A stretch of 60,097 nucleotides of DNA, counting the filler. It is 6 parts of 6 records of this genome, joined end to end, with 100 filler letters (N's around TTAATTAATTAA, not from the genome) between each part and the next. Parts side by side here need not be neighbours in the genome. Positions count along the whole stretch, not along the records: positions 30,525 to 45,012 come from SRR20825019_748; 5 more parts are not named here. One strand, written 5' to 3'. Under the pieces are notes generated by a model. The model made no database searches. It was not told the origin of the DNA and was given only the letters and a program-made list of their open reading frames with translations. Position 1 is the first letter of the stretch; each line of letters starts with the position of its first letter. The translations under genes were made by a program, and so were the position numbers. Of this stretch, positions 31,535 to 43,102 are shown in pieces.

Positions 31535-34500
31535 ATGGGGGTGGGTGCACTGACCGGGCCGGGCGGGTTCCGCACTGATGAGTCTGTTTTGTTCCAGGAC
31601 CTTTTTCAGGACGAGTTCAAGGCCAACGGTGCCAGACAGCGCAGGCGGTAGGCACTTTGCCAGACTATTCTATTAGGCGCTGATTGGTCATGCAGGTCTG
31701 TAACACCGGGCAGCCTGAACCCCGGAGGGGGCTCCGGGTCAAAAGATATTGAGCTACGCAACTTAAAGCAGGAGTTAGCGGGAATCGATGTTGATGCTGA
31801 AGTGCTACTGAACCTTGCAGTACATAAACAGATGAATCGAGCAAACCCCATGAAGCCGCCCGAGGGACCACCGGTCGAGGAGAATAGATTCAATGCCTTG
31901 GTCAACACTCTGTCGACGCCCTTTGATACGGGTAGCTATGTGATGGGCCGGCACGTGTGGGCACTGTCTAACCGTGACTTCCAGATACGTTGCAGAAGCC
32001 CATGTCCCAGAAAAAGAGGTCCAACTCCTTCTTCGAGGGACGAACACGGCGGCTTTCCCGCGACTCGACAGGCAGCAAAGGCAGTAATGACTCGGGTGGC
32101 AGCAGCGGGGGCCGCAGTGTGAGGAAGAATTTAGAGTCGGCCCTGCTGAAAACTAGGAAGAACAGATCATCCATCCTATTCGTTGGTGGTGCCTCCGTGC
32201 CGGAGTTGGGGGGCTCTGCAGGCCCGAGGCGGGAGGAGACGGGAAAGGTTTCCAAGGAGAACGGACCGGATATATCAGAGGACTTGGTCGAGCTGCTCAC
32301 TCGCCAGCACCCGTTTCTCATCAACCCTCTATCGCTGAAGTTTGTACACTCGCACTTCGAAGAGATGTATGAAAAGGCAGTGATTGAGTCCCGGCATCTA
32401 TCACTGAGAATCAGCTTAATTCTTGCTTGCCTGACGGCAGTGTTAGTTTTAGTTGGAGGCTGCGTGCGATGTACGGGGCTCCGTATCATGCAGGTCTTTC
32501 TGTCCAGCATCGCATTGGTGTTCTTGTTCCTTGCTTTGCTGGTGTTACACTGTTTTTGGGGGAAGGGCAAGCTGGTCACCAGGGTGTGCCAAATCGGATT
32601 GATAACGGGCTGGATTCTAGTAGTCATTGTTTCATACGTATTCACGTGGCATTGCGAGGACGACAACAATCCGTCGATATCATTCGATATTCTTGTCTAT
32701 GATGTACTGGTGTGGATGTGTTACGTGTGGCTCGGGATCCCATTCCGCTACGCATGGATCGGCCCCATTACATTGACCTTGCTGTTGGCCATCTGCTCCC
32801 TGTCGATGGGCGAGTTCCCTCTGGATTCGTGGGTCTATTTCGTGTTCAAGTTTTTGCTTCTAAATATGTGCGGCGCATACTTCTGCTATTTTTCCGAGCT
32901 GGAAGGGAGGAGATATATCTACACCTTCGCCATATTAGTGGAGTCTACGCACATAGTAAAATCGGAGAGTCGGAGGGCTGAAGAGATAGTGAGAGCGCAG
33001 CTGCCACCTTCCATCCTCAAGGACTTGCTTGTGTCGGCCGACAAGAAAGAAGCCAAGGACGAGGGCGGCCGGGCCCATGTGAAGTTCACTCTGGATACGA
33101 ATGGGAACGACAGCGAGGAGCTAGAGAGAAACGAGGAGGCTGGTCCTGTGACCGAGCGGGACATGCTCCATGAATGGATGTTCAATCCGCCTGACTATTT
33201 CAACTCGGTGCAAATGACATCCATCGTGTTTGTGGAATGGAGCAACTTCAGTGCAGACGAGTTTACTCCGGTCCAGGTGGCCCAGATTCTGAATGAGTTC
33301 TTCCAGGCTTTGGAAGACATGGCGGTGGAGACAGGGATAGACAAGATTAAGACGAGTGGAAACCTCTTTATGGGCATGCCCGAGATCGGGATCGCGAACA
33401 TGGTAAGTTTGGCCACAGTCATCGGGCGGGTTGCTAATACCGTGGCTGCAGACTCATCCGCATTGCGCCTGCCTCTTTGCTTCTCGCGTGCTCTCGCGAC
33501 TCGACACCCTCCGTGAAGAGATACGGCCCGATATGACCATTCGTCTCGGGCTGGCTTCGGGGCCGGTGGTGGCGGGAATATTGGGAACAGTGAAGTGGTC
33601 ATACGACGTTTGGGGTGACACAGTCAACACGGCCAGCCGCATGATGTCCACCGCGGAGCCGAATCGATGCCAGGCGGACCACAGCACGACACTTTTTGTC
33701 GAGGGAAGCATTTTCAACTTCAGCAAGAAGAGTAATGTTTATATGAAGGGTAAGGGAAAGGTGGACGCGTACGTTCTTCAACCGCCCAGTGAGGACGAGA
33801 TCTTGCAGCATCATCTGTTCCATCTGGGTGACAACAGTGGCTCCGAGGCCGAGGCTTATGATGATGGGGATCTTGTAATCGAATGGAAGCACATGACCTC
33901 AAGGACCCGAAAACGGAGCTCCTCGCCTCCCCGGGCAAAGGGTGCAAGGACCAGCTCCCAGCTTTCTGCCCCGCCCGCCCTTCACATGGGCCGGAGTGAG
34001 GATTCGCTGGAGAGAACCAAGTGCTCCTCGAGGGTAGTCTCCTGGCTTCGGCGCAGGATTACTGCCAAGACACCATCCACTCCAAATGTGCAGCTGCCAT
34101 ACACCCTAAACAAGCTTACCATGCGGTTTACGAAGGGATATGAGGAGAATTATTCCATATATGCCTTCTCAACGGGCAACAACTCCGCCCTTCGTCTGCT
34201 GTTCTGTTCAGTGATATTCGGGGGATTCTCCCTACTTTCAGGAATTGTGTTGGATAACGAACTTGATTCATGCTTGGTCACACCCGTCTGCTATGTATCG
34301 CTATGGGTTGTGCCTTTGTTCTTTGGGCCACTAACCGTGTTTATGCTGTACATATCGCTCTCTTCATATCGCTGGCACGATTGGGGCTTGGTGGTGACTT
34401 ATACCTGCATCCTCGTTGTGACACTGTACAATATCCTCGTGACGGATGAAATGATGACCAAGTACAAGCTGATCCGAACCTCAGTGACATGGACGGGTTG

Positions 34501-35629
34501 CATCCCGATCCTCCTGCGCATCCGTTACCCATACGTTGGTATAGTATACCTAATGGAACTGCTGTTCGTGTTCGTGGCTCAAGCGGCGCATGGGATTGAC
34601 TACTTTTCGTCGTATTTGACCGTGCTTTACTACATTGTGTGTTTGGGAGTGCTTGGGTACAGGACCGAGGCTCTGGGAAGGACACTGTTCATGACAAACA
34701 CTCTCCTTCTTTTCGAAAAGAAGCATATTAAGGAGGAGCAGCTGAGGTCGGTGCGGTTCCTCAACAATCTTCTCCCGCGCAGGGTTGTCAACCGGCTGTT
34801 CGAGGACATCACTGCCTTGCGGAATGATACTATCGGTCGAGAGCTGCATGTGGAGTCCATCAGTTCTTGTTCTGTGATCTTCACGGATATTGTGGGGTTC
34901 ACCCGCTTCTGCAACAATAACTCCGCCGAGACTGTAGTCAATCACCTCCATCGCCTCTTTGCTTTGTTTGATGAGTTGGCGAAGATTATGGAAATCGAGA
35001 AGGTGAAGATGCTCGGAGACTGCTATGTGGGCCTGTCGTTGTCAGCGCATGACAAGACCCACGCCGTCCGTATGATTGAGTTTGCGTTCCATATCGTCGC
35101 CGTTATTAATGAGTACAACCGCCAATACGGCACTTCTTTCCACATGAGGACAGGGATTGCGTCGGGCTCGGCGCTGGGTGTGCTGATCGGTCAGCGCAAG
35201 TTCGTGTATGATATCATTGGGGACACTGCGCAGATGGCCGCAAGTCTGGAGCAGGGAAGCCGAGTAGATGGAGTCAATATCGATTCCAACACCTTCTATG
35301 GCATGGAGTCACTGATTCCCTTGAAGTCTTCACAGAATCTGAACGCGAAGGACCACGATGAGCATATCCGCATGGCAATATATGAGATATTCCGAAAAGC
35401 GGAGCGGAATGCCTTAGCCAAGAAGCTGCTTTTGATGAAGTCCGTGAAGTACCCGTCACCGTTCGTTTTGCTGAATGGGGAGGTGATCTTGGCATCGCAG
35501 AGCCGCAAGGAGATGTCAGATGCCCAGTATGTTTCTGCCAGGCACGGCTATGGAAAGACAACGGCTCCCCCCAAGAGCGGGAGAAGAAATCTGTTCCGCC
35601 GGAAGCCCAAGAAGAAGGTGATTGAGTGA
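31535..35629 (+). CDS. Spliced 12-TM class III nucleotide cyclase (adenylyl-type); exons 31535-31647, 31696-31931, 31985-33402, 33452-35629
   Basis: Two TM clusters and two cyclase domains; three GT-AG introns (48, 53, 49 nt) with CTRAY branch sites restore the frame; start ATG uncertain. Confidence 0.85.
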
Positions 35630-36301
35630 CACTGGGATTTGACATGTTTGAATAAACATTCACAGAGGGGGGATTTCTTTGACTATGCGCGACCCCAAGC
35701 GGAAACCGGGCCGGCCCGGACTCGTGCCCAGCCCGCGGCCCGACGGCGCCCCGCCGAGGTGACCGGGCGGCCCTCAGGGAGCCCGCCACCCGGGAACGCA
35801 CCGACCGGCCAACGGTCGCGACGCCGCCGGGCAGGCGGCCTTATTGGGGCCCGAACAGTGAACCTCCGCCCACGGCCGCGAGCCGGACTGAGGCCGGAAC
35901 TAACCACTCACTCGGAGCCCTACCCACCCAGTAAAAGGCGCGGGGCTGTTTCAAAAACCAATAAATTCATTCATTCAGGCACCCCCCCGGCCCCCGCCCG
36001 GCCCGCGGCCCCGCGGCCGCGGCCGCCCGCCCCCCCCGCCCGCCCTCCCCCGGCCGCGCGCCAGGCAGACCCCGGCCAAGGGCTGGCTGATGAGCCCCGA
36101 AGAAGGGGCCGCCGCTGACCGGACCCGGCGACCCCGGGCACCGTCCCGCGGTCGCCCAGCGTCAACGCGCCCGCGATCTTTCGGCGCACCCAGTCGCCGT
36201 GCGGCCACCTCTAGCTCTTATTATGAAGGGTATAAGAAACAGAGGGAGCCTTCAGTCGCCAGACTCGGAAGTGCGCTGAAGCCTGAACTAGTACCCTGTA
36301 A

Positions 36302-38788
36302 ATGAAGTTGTACCGGCCTCTCGTCAACATATTTTGGAGAACAACTTTCCTCGCTGCATTATTGCTAGTTGTCGGGGCGAGCGCAGACTGTGGACGCAAC
36401 GTGGCCGATATCGTTCCCGAGTGGAACACCGCGCCGGCCAATGTTCCTAGTGATGGCGGAGTTGACGGCCCACTGTTGGGCAATGGGGGGCTGGGGGTTG
36501 TCGTTGGGGGTCCGAGTGGCGCCGGGCCCTCGGCACCTGGCGGTCTGTTGACGCTGTACGCCGGCCTGACGTCGTTCTGGGCTAGTGAGATCGATGGGTT
36601 CTCCCACTGTGGTTATGGGGACGGCGGCTTGAAGCAACCGGGCGGGATGACACTCTCGTTTTCGAACGATACCGATGTTACGTTCCATGCCCGCCAGTGG
36701 ATCAGTGAGGGCAGGGTCGAGGCGGCCGTGTCCGACGGCAAACGCACGGTCTCCATCAACATGTTCGTATCCGCACAGCACGATATAGCGCTGCTCACAG
36801 CGGCTGCGGAAGGCCCGGGGCCAATACCTGTCACTGTTACCCTGTGGACAGTGGATGGATGCGGGCTTCCCTATGAGGCAAACGAGTTTCAATCCGGCGG
36901 GCTGCATGTTCGCAGAGTGAGCGCGCGGCCATACCAAGCCGCCAGAAAGGGTGTGACGGTGACGACTGCGGACCTGGTGGCCCAGCCCATCAACTCACGG
37001 TTCGATTCGGTTGCAACCGATGGAGCAAGAGTGTCAGGCAGCATCACGATCACCCCAGGCGCGCCCGCGACCATCGCCTTTGCCGCGACTGACGGAGGGA
37101 GGGACCACGCGGCGAATCTCGTTGAGATGGCGATGGAAGATGGCGCCCCGGCCAGAATCAAGGATGAACACAAGACGTGGTGGCGAAACTTCTGGAGCCA
37201 GTCCTGTGTGGCTTTCCCCTCACAACCTACCCTCGAACGCTATTGGTACGGCTCCCAATACGTCCTCGCTCTATCCGCTCGGGAAGGCCGGACTCCACCA
37301 GGCCTATGGGGCAGCTTCATCACCTCAGACAGCCCCGGCTGGCAGGGGGATTATACCCTCAACTACAACGCACAGTCGCCATATTTCGGGGCACTGTCAT
37401 CCAACCACCCCGAGATGTCGGCTGCCCAGTTCCAGCCTTACCTCGACTTCATTTCCAACGGAAGGGATATGGCGCGCAAGTACTACGACTGTGACGGAGT
37501 GGTGTTTCCGGGGCATATCGGGCCACACGGAATGGTGTCGACGGATGTGCAGACAATGGTGAGAAACGCGAGGAAAATATGGTTGTAACATTGGCTGACC
37601 AAGTCTCTTTGACAGGGCCAACTAAGCAATGCGGCATTCGCTGCGGTGAACTTCGTGTGGCATTATGAATTCACGCGCGACAAGGGCTTTCTCGAGGAGA
37701 AGGCTTACCCGTTCGTGAAGGAGGTGGCGCTATTCTGGAGATGCTGGCTCGAGAGGAATGACACCAGGCCGGGCGAGCCGTACCGTTATGTGGACAGGAA
37801 CGACTGTGTGAACGAGCTATGTGATGCCTCGGATGGCCGGGTGACCCACAATCCCGTGATATCGCTATCCTTCATCCGCTTTGTAGTGGGCGCTGCGGCA
37901 CGATGGAGCCGCGCGCTTGGAATCGATGGTGACTTGAGGGTGGATTGGGTTGATATCGTCGAGCACCTTAGCGATTATCCGACGGCAAACGTGACCATGT
38001 CGGAGGAGGGTGGCGAGGATGAAATGCTCACGGTATTTGCCCCGTCCGAGGGGGAGGAGCCTCAGCCGCCTGGCTCCAACCCCTTTGAAGCCTACCCCAT
38101 GCACCCCGTGTCTGATGTAAACCTATCGTCCGACCGTCGCCTCATCGAGATCGGACGCAACACACTCCGCCGCCTGCAGAGCTGGGGAAGCGGCAACGCC
38201 TTCCCGCTCATATTTGCTTCGGCTGTGCGGATCAACTACAACTCGACCGAGGTCTTGGCCAATCTGCTCGCCAACATCCGTGCCAATATGGGGACTAACC
38301 TCTACTATCTTGAAGGCGGAGGGGGCATCGAGGGAGCTGGTGGCACCCTCGCGCTCAATGAGATGATGCTGCAGTCCGCCGAGGGGTTCGTTCGTTTCTT
38401 TCCCGCACTGGACCCCGCCGCCATGCCTGCGTCATTCCAAACCCTCAGGACCAAGGGCGGATTCTTGGTCTCCGCCAGCATTACTAAGGATGGGACGGTG
38501 CAGGACGTGGTTGTGGAGCGGCCCGGGCCGTCTGATTGCCACGCATTTGAGTTCCTGAGCCCATGGCCGGAACACGTGCATCCGGTGGTCACTCTTGAGA
38601 GCGGGTCGAAGCAGGTTGATGTGAAGAACCTCGGGGGTTCCAAGTATCTGATTGAACTCAATGATGGTGACCGTGCAAGGATCGCGCCAGTCATGACCGA
38701 GGGCGCGCTGCGGGGGATCATGAAGGCGGTCGGACGGGCTGATTCCGACGGCGAGTCAGCGGCGCGGCACGGAGCTGTTTGGATCTAG
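36302..38788 (+). CDS. Secreted GH95-like glycoside hydrolase; exons 36302-37558, 37616-38788
   Basis: Signal peptide; PPGLWG...WQGDYTLNYN, WHYEFT.D..FL...AYP, EMMLQS..G.VRFFPA..F.TLRT.GGFLVSA; 57-nt GT-AG intron joins the two ORFs in frame. Confidence 0.78.
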
Positions 38789-38967
38789 AATTAAAGACAA
38801 CCGTGCAAGAACAAGACCCAGGTGTCACCGCTGGCTTTACACAAGTCCCACCGGACGTTGGGCGGCCAGGCTAGCTAGAGGATGGCTTCTTATTGTCCTT
38901 GGACGCCTCTCCCTCGGCCCTGCCCAATGGTCAGCATCCAGCCCATCCTCAACTCGCAAGATCCGAC

Positions 38968-41052
38968 TTACTTCCTCTTGACCCCTGCCCTCGCCTTAGG
39001 GCCCCAGTTGTCAGGGTTGATCACGTATCTGGCGTGCTCCGCCTTCTTGGCAAACTGGTGCAGCGGCGTGAAGTCACAAGTAATGCTGCCGCCAGACTCA
39101 GTGAGTGAACCGACGGCACAAGAACACAAACTCACCTCGGTTCCTTGGAGAGAATCACAGTCCCAGGAGACCCCGGTTTCCCCGGCTTGACCGGATTTTC
39201 CTTCACCCAACACCTCAGCACATCCCATATGACACTGATCGGAGCATCGGACTTGATCCTGGAACGGGCGGTAAGCTGGAGCCGGTAGCGATGGGTGTGC
39301 TACTCACCCTGACGCATGGGAATACGGTTGTGTGCACTTGTACCCAAGGCGGTGGAGAGCGGATCTGTGTGGACGATGTTAGAGGCGGTTCAACGAGGAG
39401 GTGGCGCGGGTGGAATCGCACTTGAACTGGGCCAGGGAGGGCTGAACGCAATGGAGGACCTGGCACAGAGCGGGAAGGTCATAATGGAGGCTTATCTCAT
39501 GCTGCGAAGGACGTATTAGAGATTCCGGCTGAGCGGCACTAGTGTAACCCCGCCGCCAGCCCCCGCCGCCAATCCGACATGAATCGAACCCCCGACCGTA
39601 CTATCTATTAAGGAATCGCCCGCACCCACCTCATCGCGGATCATGGACAAGACGCCGTACATCTTCTTGTGGCTAGCATACATCTCCGGGTGCTCATCCA
39701 AGTAATCAATGCACCGAGAAACAAACTCGCGGTTATGAATCGGGGCGCTGCGAACGATGGTGTCAGGACCGCCGCCTAACCGCGAGTGCGTACACACCTG
39801 TAGTACGGCCCACCCACGTGGAACCGACCACCGCATTCCGAACATTTTCCATCGGTCGGGGGCCCTGTTGCCGGGCCGTACTTGAACTGATTTCCTTTCT
39901 CTGTCACCTTCCCAGCCGGCTGTTCATGGAAGGTCCCGCACCCCATGCACACATACACCGTCGCCCTCTTGCCGCAAGACCGCTTCGTCACGGAAGGCTG
40001 CGTGTACACCCGAACAAACACACGAATATAGAAATCAATGGATATGGAGATGTACGGCACGATATGACGGCCATAGCGAGTGGCACTTGTTTCCAGAGTG
40101 TGGAGGAGGATCCGGAGGGCCATCTCGTGGCAAAACTTATTTTTGAGCGGCATGCTGCCGTACTTGGCATAGCACGTCTCCGCATAGCTGGCGCAGAGCA
40201 CCTGCATGTCAGTGCAGGTGACACATAGAAGCCCTCCATCCGACACTGCCTGAACTGAGCCGTCTGCATCCACACATCAGCGCGCCGCCGCCAGCAACAC
40301 CAATCCGTGCGGCATCTTACCAATGAAGGGGACTGCAGTCCCATATGGGTCAAGGTCAATGCAGTGGAAGCGCTTATCATGGGAGCGATGCTGGTACAGC
40401 ACGTCGACTGCGTCGCCCTCGTTTGCAATAATCTGCTGATCAGTCAGCTGGTTGTGAGCCACGTTCCTCCGGATGGCAGCCACGGCCTCCTTGTCGAGGT
40501 CATTGGCAACAATGTGCTTGATGTTCTCGACCTACACGCGGAAGTCACATCGGGAGTCACGGCGCGGGCCGGGGCGGGTGCGCACCTCCTTCATATATCG
40601 GATTGCTCGCAATCCAGTAGCTGAGAGCGCCTCAAGAACGGTGATCCCTTCAAAAGGCTGCTCCTTCAGGGCGGCACTGGCAGCGGCTTCTTTCGCTTCT
40701 TCGCTCGCGTCGCCCGCCGTCCTCATCGCTGCGGGGAACCCTTCGTCACACTCTCAACAACAACAGCACGCGGGTAGCACCTACCGTGCTTGCGGACGCG
40801 TGCCTCGTGTTCCTTCTTCACATCTTCGGCGAAAAGCCGCAACACGAGGCCGGAAAGGTCGCGGTTGAAAACCTGCGGTGGGTTGTAAAAGACCTCGTTC
40901 TGTGTTCCGAAGAGGATGGAGGCCTTGCCCTCCGTGACTTCGACGTGGCCTTCAGGCACTGTGGACATGACTCGGACAAAGGGTCGGGCTCGCGGTAACA
41001 AACTAGGGCGGGGCTGGTAGAGCAAGCACCGTCCGGCCAGCGCCTTCAACAT
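38968..41052 (-). CDS. TRM1: tRNA (guanine26-N2)-dimethyltransferase, 9 exons
   Basis: VFYNPPQVFNRDLS, LEALSATGLRAIRY, IDLDPYG, GGLLCVTCTD, HEMALRILL, CxxC x2, IKSDAP, NWGPK; introns 40729-40784, 40532-40585, 40264-40320, 39748-39797, 39502-39629, 39365-39421, 39259-39307, 39086-39135. Confidence 0.93.
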
Positions 41053-41999
41053 ACCCAGTTATCACTGGAGTGCTGTGGATATATAGCACTAGGCCTCCAG
41101 CCGGCGCGACGGTGAAGTCACTGGCGCTGCCTTGCCGGCTGAAACCTCAGCCCGAGACTGCCCGTTGACGAGCTGTGGCCCTCAAGTTGGCATAGCGGAC
41201 TGACCCGGGCCGGCGGGTGGGAGCGGCCGCCGCGGCGGCGCTGGGGCGCCGGCACGGAGGCTGCAGCACCCCCGACGGCCGGACCCCGCCCGGCCCGGCC
41301 CGGCGGGGCCGCCGCACGCTAGCAACCGGACGCGCGGCGGCGCGGCGCGGCCCCGGGCGGCCGGGCGGACTCCGCGGCCCCGGCACGCCCCCCGTCCCCA
41401 TGGGTCCCCGCCGGCGGGCCGGCCGGCCGGGGCACCGCCTAGCACGTGGGGAACCGGGGGCCACGGCCGGGAATGGGGCTAACCACCAATTTTCGTCGCT
41501 CCTGACGGTAGCGGTGTGCCCTGGTCACACCCACGGCACGGGCCGGTAGATGGGCGCGGGTTTTGATTCCGTGACGGCCGGCTGGAGGAGCCGGCGCGCC
41601 TCCCCGGCCGGGGCGGCGTTGGCGGCTGCCGGGGGGGCACCAGGAGGGCGCGTCAGCTAGCACGGCGTCCCAAGCAATATGATAGTTTGCCTCAGCAGCC
41701 TGAGGCTCAGGCCAGTCCAACGGATTTGTGGGTCCCTCGTCGTCCGTCAAGAAATTGACTGATAATTTGATTTGCCTCAAGCTCGGTCCTCAGGTCGGTT
41801 CTTATGCGCACCGGTGTCATTTTGAGTTACTGGCAATGCAAGCCGGTTGGTTGCGCACGCCCAGCCGGCCGGTGATGGCAGGACGCGGGCGGGGTGAAGC
41901 TACGAACGGTCAGCCGGAGCAACCGCCCGCCGGCCCATGAGTTCTGAAATATAAACATGGTACCTCTCCACCATGCGGGTATAGTGGAGGCCGGCTAAG

Positions 42000-42989
42000 A
42001 TGGTGAAGCACTTGTCAACGAGGTTCCTGCGCTCATCCCAAAACCAGGTGAGGGCGTGTTGTGGGCGGGTGTGGGCGCGCTGACGGATAAGGCAGGGCGA
42101 TATCGACGGGAAGTGGGGCCATGATCGCTTCGAAGGAGGACGAGGCGGCGGCCGCGGCAGTCGGCGCGACAACAGCCCTGGCGACATTGATGGAAAGTGG
42201 AAGCACGATCGGTTTCACGAGGTCAACCAGGACCGTGTTGTAAGGAAGTCTTCGGGCAGAGGCGGCGGCCGGGGTGGTCGGCGGCAGGGCAACTCGGATG
42301 GACAGTGGCAGCACGATATGTATGAAGAGGAAGAGGAGGCCCCGCGTAGGAGAGGAGGTGAGACTGCTCGGTGTTTTCGGGCTGGAGAAGGGTGCTGCGA
42401 AGGAGGCGAGGGTTGATTTTCCCCGACATTTTGGTTGGGACGCCATGGTCAGTTTTTACTAACCTGAGGTGGCGCAGGAATGCGGTCAGATGGTGGTGGC
42501 GGCGGCATCAAGGCAAGGCTGGGCGAGAGAGAGGTTCGCGTGGTGGGAGGAGGCTCCGCCAACGGCGTTTTGAAGCCTCTTTTGGATCTGGGTGTTTCAA
42601 ACAAGCGCATTGTGAAGGAGCGGCCGGCGAACTCACGCTCCGCGGCGGCTGGAGCCAGGCGGGTCACAAAGGAAGCCGGCGGTGCCTCTCAGAGTCAGGT
42701 ATGCCGTCCTGTTGTGACCTCTTCAGGGCATTGGGCCAACCGTTCATATTCCGGCAGAAACTGTCCGTGCGGACACTACTGCAGTCGCTGGGTCTTGACA
42801 AGTATGTGGACATATTCGCCCGGCAAGAGATTGATATCTACGTCCTGCGCAAGGTGGGTGCACGGGGGAGGTGTGCGGCGGTTACAGGCACTGATGCGAC
42901 CGAGGCAGTTGACCGAAAACGACTTGGAGGAACTCGGAATCCCGATGGGCCCTCGTAAGAAGATTGTGGAGAAGCTGTCCCAGTTGTAA
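42000..42989 (+). CDS. WxHD-repeat / RGG / C-terminal SAM-domain protein; exons 42000-42047, 42096-42357, 42478-42698, 42758-42853, 42909-42989
   Basis: Four GT-AG introns give one open frame; SAM domain LLQSLGLDKYVDIFARQEIDIYVLRKLTENDLEELGIPMGPRKKIV; exon 2 is absent from the ORF track. Confidence 0.82.
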
Positions 42990-43102
42990 TAGCGTGGTGT
43001 GTTATAAGGTGACCGCCAGGCAACCGGGCCGGAAAGGCTGCCGGGGCCCGCTCGAAATAAATTCGAATGCGGGCAAGAGGTGATGCTGTGAGGTCAGGTT
43101 GT

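Noticed and set aside
35931-35940. GCCTTTTAC on the minus strand (U5 snRNA loop 1)
   Set aside because: No stem directly closing the loop and no downstream Sm site; likely chance
31932-37615. Frameshifts, readthrough or pseudogenes in the cyclase and GH95 genes
   Set aside because: Each break is resolved by a canonical short GT-AG intron with a branch site
39570-39600. tRNA gene inside the TRM1 intron
   Set aside because: B-box-like motif only; the T-stem does not pair and there is no cloverleaf
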